Shown in pieces: positions 48,223 to 56,127 of a DNA stretch of 56,127 nt. Numbering within the stretch: the first letter of the stretch is position 1; every line of letters begins with the position of its first letter. Source of the DNA: an uncultured Mesorhizobium sp. (lineage in GTDB: Bacteria > Pseudomonadota > Alphaproteobacteria > Rhizobiales > Rhizobiaceae); assembly GCA_964371125.1 (NCBI GenBank), contig CAYJMY010000002.1, positions 1 to 56,127 on the forward strand. The letters run 5' to 3'. The position numbers and the translations under genes were made by a program. Below the pieces are notes generated by a model. The model worked only from the letters and a program-made list of their open reading frames with translations. It did not search any database and was not told where the DNA came from.

Positions 48223-50154
48223 TTGGCGACTTTCGCCGACCATATCGGACCGACGCCGGACGCTTCCGAGACGCGGAACTCCGCAAGCGCGCTGAAGACG
48301 GCAATGCTCCGCGCCTTGCTCTCGCTCGGCGGCACGGCGCTCGCCGCTACCCTGCTCGCCTTCGCCATCGAGGCCCTGGCGCGCGGTTCCGGCCGCGCGG
48401 CATTCGATTTCTTCGCCGGGCTGCAACGCCCGGCATGGACGACGGCCTTCATCCTGGCAGTGGCCATGGTGGCCGTGGACGCCGCGCTCGGCCGCCGGCA
48501 CAGATCCTTCCTCCTCCTCGCGCCGCCCCTGCTCGCGCTGGCATGGATCGGCAGCCAGAAGGCCGTCTATCTCGGTGACCCGCTCTACCCGACGGATTTC
48601 CTCTACTATCGCCAGATCGTCGAATTGATGCCTCTTCTGGCGCGCGACCGCCCGTTGACGGTCGTCGCCATGGTCGCCGCGACGCTCGGCAGTCTGGCGC
48701 TGCTCGTCTGCGGCTGGCGGCTCGCCGCCCGGCATTGCGGACGTCTCGGCCTCGGCGCGCGGATGGCGCGGTTCGCCGTCGCGCTGCCGGTGCTCGCCTT
48801 CTTCGTCTCGATCATGGACTACCGCGCCTTCTCGTGGACCCGAGACCGGCTCGACGTCATCCCGAGGATGTGGGACCAGAAGGACAACTACGCATCGAAC
48901 GGCTTCGTCCTGGCCTTCGCGCTCAACCTGCCGATGGCGACGGTCGCTGCGCCGTCCGGCTACTCGGCCGAGGCGATCGAGCGCATCGCGGCGCAGAGCG
49001 GGACGGTGCCGGCCGCGGCCGGAGAACGCCCAGACGTCGTCATCGTCATGAGCGAGTCGTTCTGGGATCCGACACGGCTGCCGGGCGTGGCGATCACGCC
49101 CGATCCGATCCCGACGGCGCGGTCGCTTCGTTCGGGCGAAGTCTTCTCGCCGGAGTTCGGCGGCATGACCGCCAATGTCGAGTTCGAGGCGCTGACCGGC
49201 TTCTCCAACGCCTTCCTGCCCTATGGCAGCATTCCCTACCAGCAGTACGTCCGCACCAGCATCCCTTCCCTCGCCAGCTTCTTCCGCGACCAGGGCTACG
49301 CCACCACCGCGCTCCACCCGTTCCAGGGATGGTTCTGGAACCGGTCGGTCGTCTACGACGCCTTGGGTTTCGAGCGCTTCCTTTCGGAGGAGAACCTGCC
49401 GGCGCTGGAGAAGCGCGGACCGCTCGCCTCGGACGCCGCGATGACCGAGGAAATCATCCGCCGCGCCGACGCCGAGGAGAAGCCGGTCTTCCTCTTCGCC
49501 GTCAGCCTGCAGGGCCACGGGCCGTACGAGCCGAACCGCTACAAGGACGCAAGGCATGCGGTTTCCGCGCCGGGTCTCAAGGACAGGGCGCGGGATTCGG
49601 TCCTCAGCTTCTCGGAAGGCGCGGCAGACGCGGACAAGGGGCTGGCGAGGCTCGTCGAATGGGCGAAGGGACGCAGCCGCCCGACCGTGATCGCCTTCTT
49701 CGGCGACCACCTGCCGCCGCTCGGCGAAGCCTATGTCCAGTCGGGCTATATGAAGGAGCCGGTCGCCTCGCGCCGCGCACCGCTTGCGCAGATGAAAGCC
49801 GAGCACGAAACGCCGCTGGTGATCTGGTCGAACCGCGGCGGCCCGCGAACCGACGTCGGCACGATCAGCCCGGCCTTCCTGCCGCTCGAAGTCCTCGAAG
49901 CCGCCGGCATGGAGCATCCCTACTACACGGGCTTCCTCCGGCAGGTGCGCGACAGGTTCCCGGTCGTCGACCGCCACGTTCTCGTCGACGGCGTCGGCGA
50001 AGCACAGGCCGATTGGGCCAGGGCCGGCGCGGTCGACCCGATCGTGCAAGACTTCCGGCTGCTGCAGTACGACGTGATGTTCGGCGACCGGCACGCTATC
50101 GGCCGCTTCTTCCCCGAAGACGAAGGCAGCCCGGACGTTGCGCTGGTCCGCTGA
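48223..50154 (+). CDS. LTA synthase / alkaline phosphatase-superfamily membrane protein, candidate glucan phosphoglycerol transferase
   Basis: About 5 N-terminal TM helices; MSESF, FGGMTANVEFE (catalytic Thr position), HPF, HGPY and GDH. TTG start is uncertain. Confidence 0.85.
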   Translation: MATFADHIGPTPDASETRNSASALKTAMLRALLSLGGTALAATLLAFAIEALARGSGRAAFDFFAGLQRPAWTTAFILAVAMVAVDAALGRRHRSFLLLAPPLLALAWIGSQKAVYLGDPLYPTDFLYYRQIVELMPLLARDRPLTVVAMVAATLGSLALLVCGWRLAARHCGRLGLGARMARFAVALPVLAFFVSIMDYRAFSWTRDRLDVIPRMWDQKDNYASNGFVLAFALNLPMATVAAPSGYSAEAIERIAAQSGTVPAAAGERPDVVIVMSESFWDPTRLPGVAITPDPIPTARSLRSGEVFSPEFGGMTANVEFEALTGFSNAFLPYGSIPYQQYVRTSIPSLASFFRDQGYATTALHPFQGWFWNRSVVYDALGFERFLSEENLPALEKRGPLASDAAMTEEIIRRADAEEKPVFLFAVSLQGHGPYEPNRYKDARHAVSAPGLKDRARDSVLSFSEGAADADKGLARLVEWAKGRSRPTVIAFFGDHLPPLGEAYVQSGYMKEPVASRRAPLAQMKAEHETPLVIWSNRGGPRTDVGTISPAFLPLEVLEAAGMEHPYYTGFLRQVRDRFPVVDRHVLVDGVGEAQADWARAGAVDPIVQDFRLLQYDVMFGDRHAIGRFFPEDEGSPDVALVR

Positions 50155-50166
50155 CGAGGCTTCCGG

Positions 50167-51198
50167 CTACTGCCGGTGCGCCCCGCCGAAGCCGGTGAGG
50201 AACGACGTCAGGTTGACCGAAAGCTCCTCGCTGAGATAGCCGCCTTCCTGGACGATGACGGTGGGCAGGTGCAGCCTGGCGATCGCTTCAGCGATGCGGG
50301 CAAAGCCCGGCGTCGTGACGCTGAGGCCGCCGAACGGATCGCTCTCGTGCGCGTCGAGGCCAAGCGCGATCACCAGCGCTTCCGGCGCGAAGGCGCGGAT
50401 GCGCCGCAATGCCGTGCCCAATGCCTCGAGGAACTGCGCGTCGCCGCTCTTCCGCGGCAGCGGCAGGTTGAAGTTATAGCCGAGGCCCGGCCCCTCGCCG
50501 CGCTCGTCGGCATGACCCCAGAAGAACGGATAGAAGCGCACCGGATCGGCGTGGATCGACACCGTCAGCACGTCCGGACGGGCATAGAAGATGCCCTGCG
50601 TGCCGTTGCCGTGATGCAGGTCGACGTCGAGGATGGCGACGCGCGCTGCAGTCCGGCGCAGGATCTGCGCGGCGACGGCGGTATTGTTGACGAAGCAGAA
50701 GCCGCCGGCGACGTCGGCGAAGGCGTGGTGTCCCGGCGGGCGGCAGAGCGCGTAGGCAGCAGGCGCCCCGGCGGCGACTGCGCCCGCCGCCTCGACCGCG
50801 CTCATCGCGCTCCAGTAGACGCTCTCCCAGGTCTCGGCCGAGATCGGGCAGCCGGTGTCGGCCATGTGGTAGCCGGCCTGGCCGACGGCCGACGCCGGAT
50901 AGGCGCCGTCGCGGGCCAGCGGGTGGATGTTGGGGATCACCTCTTCCGACGCGCCTTCGATGCGCCGCCAGCGCTGGTAGATGTGCTGGAGGAAGTCGAG
51001 ATATTCGGGCGTGTGCACCGCCGCGATCGGGCCGAGGCCGTGGTCGCGCGGCCGCTCGATGGCCAGGCCCGCCGCGCGGGCGCCTTCGAGCAGGCGTTCG
51101 GCACGCGCCGGCTGCTCCGGATTGGGCTGCGGCGCGCCGCTCGACAGGAACATCTTCGGGTCGTGCAGCTTCTGTTCGGGAGCGAAAAAGGCTTTCAC
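50167..51198 (-). CDS. histone deacetylase family protein (acetylpolyamine amidohydrolase-like)
   Basis: GTG start overlaps the GNAT stop. PEQPAR, RPPGHHA, GFCFVNN, LDVDLHHGNGTQ, LGLDAH and QEGGY. Confidence 0.92.
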   Translation of the reverse strand: MKAFFAPEQKLHDPKMFLSSGAPQPNPEQPARAERLLEGARAAGLAIERPRDHGLGPIAAVHTPEYLDFLQHIYQRWRRIEGASEEVIPNIHPLARDGAYPASAVGQAGYHMADTGCPISAETWESVYWSAMSAVEAAGAVAAGAPAAYALCRPPGHHAFADVAGGFCFVNNTAVAAQILRRTAARVAILDVDLHHGNGTQGIFYARPDVLTVSIHADPVRFYPFFWGHADERGEGPGLGYNFNLPLPRKSGDAQFLEALGTALRRIRAFAPEALVIALGLDAHESDPFGGLSVTTPGFARIAEAIARLHLPTVIVQEGGYLSEELSVNLTSFLTGFGGAHRQ

Positions 51199-51728
51199 GG
51201 CTGGTCTCCAGGAACTCGTGCGCCTTCTGACGGCCCCGCCTCGGCGAGGCGCTGGAACGCGTCGCCATAGGCCGCGTAGATGAGGTCGTCGTCGACGTGC
51301 TTCAGGCCGAGGCGCTGGTAGAAACGCCCGGCGTTCGGATTGCCGATGTCGACGGCAAGCCGCATATAGACGCCGCCACGCGCGTACGTGATTGCCGCAA
51401 CCCGGCGCAGCAGCCTTTCGCCGACGCGGGCGCCGCGAAACCGCTCGTCGACGAAGAGGTCCTGCACGTAGACGCCCGGCCGGCCGATGAAGGTGGAGAA
51501 GGAACGGAAGTAGATGCACACGCCCGCCGGCCTGCCGCCGATCTCGGCGATCAGGCATTCGAACATCGGATCGGCGCCGAAACCGTAGCGGCGTATGTCC
51601 TCGGCAGTACTCGTCACCTTTTCCGGGATGCCTACATGGTGCCCGAGCCGGCGTACCGCCTGGACGATGGTCTCGGCATCCGCTTCCGTGGCCGGACGGA
51701 TGACGAGGTCGTCGGCGGGCCGCTCCAT
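51195..51728 (-). CDS. GNAT family N-acetyltransferase (SSAT / diamine acetyltransferase-like)
   Basis: IRPATEAD, FSTFIGRPGVYVQDLFVDERFRGARVG and NPNAGRFYQRLG. Confidence 0.9.
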   Translation of the reverse strand: MERPADDLVIRPATEADAETIVQAVRRLGHHVGIPEKVTSTAEDIRRYGFGADPMFECLIAEIGGRPAGVCIYFRSFSTFIGRPGVYVQDLFVDERFRGARVGERLLRRVAAITYARGGVYMRLAVDIGNPNAGRFYQRLGLKHVDDDLIYAAYGDAFQRLAEAGPSEGARVPGDQP

Positions 51729-51735
51729 GGTCGAG

Positions 51736-53124
51736 CTAGCCCGCGACCGGCAGGTCGCGTTCGCGCGCCAGCACTTCCAGCGCGTCGCCGAGGATGGCGA
51801 CCATCTCGCCGACCTGCTCGCGGGTGATGATCAGCGGCGGCGCCAGGATGATGTTGTCGCCTTCGATGCCGTCGCCGCGGATGCGTCGCGAGTAGACGAT
51901 CAAGCCGCGCTCGTAGCAGAGGTCGAGCAGGCGCTGGTTGGTCGCCTTGGCCTTGGGCAGCGGCTGGAAGGTCACGGCGTCGGCGACGAGGTCGGCGCCG
52001 ATCAGGAGACCCTTGCCGCGCACGCCGGCGATGAAGGGGAAGCGCCGCGACAGGCCTTCGAGTTCGGCCTTTAGCAGTTCGCCCATTGCCGCGGCGTTCT
52101 CCACCGCGCCAAGCCGGTCGATCTCCTTCAGCACGGCAAGGCCGGCGGCCGCCGACAGTGGGTTGCCGGCATAGGTGTAGCCGTGCTGGAAGCCGCCCGA
52201 ATCGAGCACCGGTTTCACCAGCCGCCGCGATGCGGCCATGGCGCCGAGCGGCGAATAGCCCGAACCGATACCCTTTGACAGGGTGATGATGTCGGGCCGG
52301 CAATTCCAGTGGTCGCCTCCGAGGAAGCGCCCGGTGCGGCCGATGCCGGTCATCACCTCGTCGTGGATCAGGAGGACGCCGTAGCGGTCGCAGATCTCGC
52401 GGATGCGCGGGAAGTAACTGTCGGGTGGCACCAGGGCCGCGGTCGCCGCGCCGCCAATCGGCTCCATGATGAAGGCGAGAACGCTTTCGGGTCCCTCGGC
52501 GAGGATCTTCTCCTCCAGCATGTCGGCGTAGCGCAGGCCGCGCTGCTCCATCGTCAAATTGTCGCGGTCGCGATAGGCCGTGGGCGCGGGCACGGTGGGC
52601 ATCTCGCGGATCTGCGGCGCGAAGGTCTCCGTCAGAGCGAGGTCGCCGGTTACCGAAAGGGCGCCGATCGTGCCGCCGTGATAGGACGGGAAGCGGCCGA
52701 TGATCTTCCAGCGCTTCGCCTGGCCGGTGACGACCGCCCACTGGCGGGCGAGCTTGACGGCGGATTCGACCGCCTCCGAACCGCCGGATACGAAGAAAAT
52801 CCGATCGAGGTCGCCCGGCATCTTCGACGCGACGAGCGTCGCCAGTTCCTCGGCCGGTTCGTTCTCGAAATGCAGTCGGTAGGCGAAGGTGACGCGGTCG
52901 AGCTGCCGCTTCATCGCATCGATGACGTTGCGGTTGCCGTGGCCGACATTGACCACCATGGCGCCGCTCGACCCGTCGATGAAGCGCCTGCCGTCCTTGG
53001 TCCAGAGGTAGATCCCCTCGGCGCGGTCGACGAGCGGCCGGCGCAGCCGGGTGAGATAGAACAGGTTGGACGGCCGGTGGTCTTCGGCACCGGCGGCGGC
53101 GCCTCTCTGCTGGATGGTCATCAT
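51736..53124 (-). CDS. class III PLP-dependent aminotransferase
   Basis: RAEGIYLW, SGGSEAVE, SYHG, MEPIGG, DEVMTG, LSKG (PLP Lys) and HGYTY. ATGA overlap with the upstream gene. Confidence 0.93.
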   Translation of the reverse strand: MMTIQQRGAAAGAEDHRPSNLFYLTRLRRPLVDRAEGIYLWTKDGRRFIDGSSGAMVVNVGHGNRNVIDAMKRQLDRVTFAYRLHFENEPAEELATLVASKMPGDLDRIFFVSGGSEAVESAVKLARQWAVVTGQAKRWKIIGRFPSYHGGTIGALSVTGDLALTETFAPQIREMPTVPAPTAYRDRDNLTMEQRGLRYADMLEEKILAEGPESVLAFIMEPIGGAATAALVPPDSYFPRIREICDRYGVLLIHDEVMTGIGRTGRFLGGDHWNCRPDIITLSKGIGSGYSPLGAMAASRRLVKPVLDSGGFQHGYTYAGNPLSAAAGLAVLKEIDRLGAVENAAAMGELLKAELEGLSRRFPFIAGVRGKGLLIGADLVADAVTFQPLPKAKATNQRLLDLCYERGLIVYSRRIRGDGIEGDNIILAPPLIITREQVGEMVAILGDALEVLARERDLPVAG

Positions 53125-54779
53125 TCCCCCCTCGCCACGGCGCCGAGATAGCGGCCGAGCACGTTGTTCGTTACCGTTTCCACCATCGGATCACGGCGCA
53201 GCAGGCCGGCGACCCACTCGCAGCTTCCGGCGTGGAACACCTCGCCCTTGCCGCGCGGGAAATTGACGATCATGCCGTTGCCGCGCTTCACCTTTTCGAG
53301 GTTCTCGTCCGACGGCGTGCCATAGAGCGTCTCCGCGGTGAAGCGCCCGTCCTCATCGCCGAAGAACTGCTCCTCGGGCGGAATGTGCGGGGCGTCCTCG
53401 ACCTGGGCGGCGAGCCCAAGCGCGAGCACGGTGATGCCCTCGGGCGGCGATCCTTCGCCGGTCGGCTCCGGCAGGCCGCGCCGCATCGTGTAGTCGAGGC
53501 CGTCGACTTCGTAGCCGAAGACGTGGCTCTCGCCGCCGAGTACGTCGCCATAGGACAGGCCGGTGCCGGCGAAGGCCCAGTGTTCGGGGCGATAGACGGG
53601 GAAGCCGCGCGTGCCGCGCGGCGCGCAGCCGCCCCATCCGGCATAGACGCCGCTGGTGGCGTTGAGCCCGAAGGTCCGCGCTCCCGGCCGCCCGATCTCC
53701 GGAGCCTCCCACGAATTGGTCGCCCGGGTGACGTCTCCGGAGCGGTAGACCGGGTCCTCGGCGCGGGCGCGGTACTTGTAGCAAAGCTGCCGGCGCCCCT
53801 CATCCTCCAGCCTCGTCTGCCACATGAAGTTGCCGGCGAAGCGCGCCGCGTGGCCGCCGCGCTCGACATAGTTGTCGACCGCGTCGCGCATCTCCCAGGT
53901 CCAGTACTCGTCATGGCCGACGAATGCCGCGCAGTCATAGTCGTCGAGCAGACCGGGGACGAAATGCAGGTCGTGCTGGCTGGCGAGGTCGACGTCGTAG
54001 CCTTCGAGTTCGGCCCAACGGAAGAAGTGGCTATCGTAGCTCGCCCAGCCGGCGGAGGCGTACTTCTTCGAATGGCCGGTGGCGTAGGCCCATTCCATGT
54101 GCGGATAGCGCGGTATGGCCAGCGGCGGCAGCGCCACCTCGAGCGGCACGCGCGGCGCCTCGCGCGGCAGGACGACGAAGCCGCGGCACCATGGCCTTTG
54201 CGTCGAGACGATCGGCGAATACTGGTCGCGGTTCGGCCCGGTGATGCCCTGGTAGTGGTTCGATCCGCCCCAGGTGTTGTAGGCGAGCCAGGTGCCCGTC
54301 GCCGCGACCTGGAGGATGCGCCCCGGCTTGCGCCCGGGCGCAGGCCGCACGATGAACAGGTGATGGCAGAGGATCGGCGCCCCGTCGCGGCCCTCGGCGG
54401 TCAGGGTGACGCGGTAGGCGCCCGAGCGCCAGTCGTCGGGCACGCGGAACTCGAACGCCGGCTGCCAGCCGCATCCCTCGACCGAGCACTGGTCGGGCGT
54501 CTCCTGCCAGCGTGCGGCTATATCGGACCGCGACATGACCGGGGTTTCGCCGGCGCCGTCGCGCAGGATGTCGAGGCTGAAGACGGGCGCGCTCGAACTG
54601 ACGAACAGCGTCACCGTCTCGCCCGGCGCATAGGAGAAGCGGTCGGAATAGCACCAGATCTCGCCGCGCTCGCCGTCCATGCCGGGATATTCGTAGTAGT
54701 GGCCGCGGACCGCCTCGCGGCGCTGCTCGTGGGTGAGACCGAAGTCGGGGAATTCGTGTGGAAGGCCTGGCGCGGACAT
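53121..54779 (-). CDS. N,N-dimethylformamidase beta-subunit-like protein
   Basis: YSDRFSYAPGETV, VPDDWRSGAY, TWLAYNTWGG, STQRP, GHDEYWTWEMRD, FAGNF, GYEVD and GEVFHAGSCEW. Confidence 0.82.
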   Translation of the reverse strand: MSAPGLPHEFPDFGLTHEQRREAVRGHYYEYPGMDGERGEIWCYSDRFSYAPGETVTLFVSSSAPVFSLDILRDGAGETPVMSRSDIAARWQETPDQCSVEGCGWQPAFEFRVPDDWRSGAYRVTLTAEGRDGAPILCHHLFIVRPAPGRKPGRILQVAATGTWLAYNTWGGSNHYQGITGPNRDQYSPIVSTQRPWCRGFVVLPREAPRVPLEVALPPLAIPRYPHMEWAYATGHSKKYASAGWASYDSHFFRWAELEGYDVDLASQHDLHFVPGLLDDYDCAAFVGHDEYWTWEMRDAVDNYVERGGHAARFAGNFMWQTRLEDEGRRQLCYKYRARAEDPVYRSGDVTRATNSWEAPEIGRPGARTFGLNATSGVYAGWGGCAPRGTRGFPVYRPEHWAFAGTGLSYGDVLGGESHVFGYEVDGLDYTMRRGLPEPTGEGSPPEGITVLALGLAAQVEDAPHIPPEEQFFGDEDGRFTAETLYGTPSDENLEKVKRGNGMIVNFPRGKGEVFHAGSCEWVAGLLRRDPMVETVTNNVLGRYLGAVARGE

Positions 54780-54871
54780 GTGGAAGGACCCGTTTTCGCC
54801 GACACGATAAGCACTGCCGGCCGCGCCGACGCAAGCGGCTTCACGGCAAGATTGGACTGGGCCAGACCCTG

Positions 54872-55456
54872 TCAGCGCGGGTACAGCGTCAGGATGGCGA
54901 TGGTGACGGCTTGGCAGGGGCGCGCCGCGTGGAGGACCGCCCTTTCGCCGCCGACGACAACCACGGCGTCGCGGCGCCCGAGCGCAACCGGTTCACCGTC
55001 GCGTTCCAGGGTGAGGCCGTCTCCATCGGCGAGGACAACAGTGACACCGCCGGCGGAAACAAGGTCCAGTTCTCCCGACACTTCGAGAAGTTCCAGCTTA
55101 CTTTGGCAGACGCCGCGGCGCGTCATGACGTTGAGGTCGGTGATCGGTCCGGCCTCGAGCCGCGCTGATGCCGGGACGTCGGCCGGGAATGCCAATACTG
55201 CGTGCGGCCGCGCTAGGTGGACCGACCCTTGTCCCTCCACCGCGAGGTGCAGCCCCTTGCCGTCGAGCAACATGAGCGTGCGGTCGATGCCGGGAAACAG
55301 CGAGAACGGCCCGTCGCTCTCCACCCGTGCCATCGATATGCGCCAGGCGAAGTCATCCAGCCCCGCCCCGGGCGGAAAGACGGCGATCTCGGTCGTCAAT
55401 CCGCCGCCGTTCTTCCACGGCATGCGGCGATGTTCGGCAGCGCGGAGGAGGTGCAT
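54872..55456 (-). CDS. hutD: HutD/Ves family protein
   Basis: MPWKNGGGLTTEI, WRISMA, GPFSLFPGIDR and DLNVMTRR; directly downstream of hutU. Confidence 0.93.
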   Translation of the reverse strand: MHLLRAAEHRRMPWKNGGGLTTEIAVFPPGAGLDDFAWRISMARVESDGPFSLFPGIDRTLMLLDGKGLHLAVEGQGSVHLARPHAVLAFPADVPASARLEAGPITDLNVMTRRGVCQSKLELLEVSGELDLVSAGGVTVVLADGDGLTLERDGEPVALGRRDAVVVVGGERAVLHAARPCQAVTIAILTLYPR

Positions 55457-55469
55457 GTGGCCAGCCTCC

Positions 55470-56127
55470 TCACCCCAGTATCCCCGGCAGGTTCAGCCCG
55501 TGCTCGCGGGCGCAGTCGAGGGCGATGTCGTAGCCGGCGTCGGCATGGCGCATGACGCCCGTCGCCGGGTCGTTCCACAGGACGCGCTCGACGCGCTTCT
55601 GCGCTTCCGGCGTGCCGTCGCAGACCACCACCATGCCTGAATGCTGCGAGAAGCCCATGCCGACGCCGCCGCCATGATGCAGCGACACCCAAGTCGCGCC
55701 CGAGGCGCAGTTGAGCAGCGCGTTGAGCAGCGGCCAGTCGGAGACGGCGTCGGAGCCGTCCTTCATCGCCTCGGTCTCGCGGTTCGGCGAGGCGACCGAG
55801 CCGGAATCGAGATGGTCGCGGCCGATCACGATCGGCGCCTTCAGTTCACCCTTCGCCACCATCTCGTTGAAGGCGAGGCCCGCCTTGTGGCGGTCGCCGA
55901 GCCCGATCCAGCAGATGCGCGCCGGCAGTCCCTGGAAGGCGATGCGCTCCTGCGCCATGTCGAGCCAGCGGTGCAGGTGCTCGTTCTCCGGGAAGAGCTC
56001 CTTCATCTTCGCGTCGGTCCTGCGGATGTCTTCCGGGTCGCCGGAAAGCGCCGCCCAGCGGAACGGGCCGATGCCGCGGCAGAACAGCGGGCGGATATAG
56101 GCCGGCACGAAGCCCGGGAAGTCGAAG
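55470..56127 (-). CDS. hutU: urocanate hydratase, 3' portion (5' end lies beyond the window)
   Basis: [55 protein letters not shown] and [14 protein letters not shown]. Confidence 0.97.
   Translation of the reverse strand, partial: FDFPGFVPAYIRPLFCRGIGPFRWAALSGDPEDIRRTDAKMKELFPENEHLHRWLDMAQERIAFQGLPARICWIGLGDRHKAGLAFNEMVAKGELKAPIVIGRDHLDSGSVASPNRETEAMKDGSDAVSDWPLLNALLNCASGATWVSLHHGGGVGMGFSQHSGMVVVCDGTPEAQKRVERVLWNDPATGVMRHADAGYDIALDCAREHGLNLPGILG

Overview
This is a GC-rich alphaproteobacterial chromosomal segment. Gene content (tamAB, cgs/ndvB-ndvA, hutU-hutD, a rhizobial cspA unit) points to Hyphomicrobiales, probably Mesorhizobium/Phyllobacteriaceae-like; the taxon is an inference. About 36 genes are supported, in order: a small secreted peptide; a peptide/nickel-family ABC importer; an MDR oxidoreductase; tamB-tamA; an alpha-2-macroglobulin-pbpC-D,D-dipeptidase unit; a secreted caspase-family protease; a small secreted protein; a FixL-like heme-PAS hybrid kinase with an OmpR-type regulator; TetR; a single-domain globin; a DUF922 protease; a formate/nitrite channel; cspA; a second ABC importer ending in an ATC-hydrolase-like gene; cyclic beta-1,2-glucan synthase, exporter and candidate modifier; an operon of DMFase-like amidohydrolase, class III aminotransferase, GNAT and deacetylase; then hutD and a truncated hutU. 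I saw no rRNA, tRNA, CRISPR array, transposase or integrase. Two observations stand out. First, a ~48-bp element (CGGAAACAAWTGAAAT...GACGAAA...GAAA, with identical 9/22/11-bp spacing of GAAA half-sites) lies upstream of both the globin and the uncharacterised secreted protein. These two genes flank the heme-PAS/OmpR pair, suggesting a small gas-sensing regulon. Second, the coupled amidohydrolase/aminotransferase/acetylase/deacetylase operon beside the hut genes matches no pathway I recognise. Family calls come from motif recognition by eye, not database searches.
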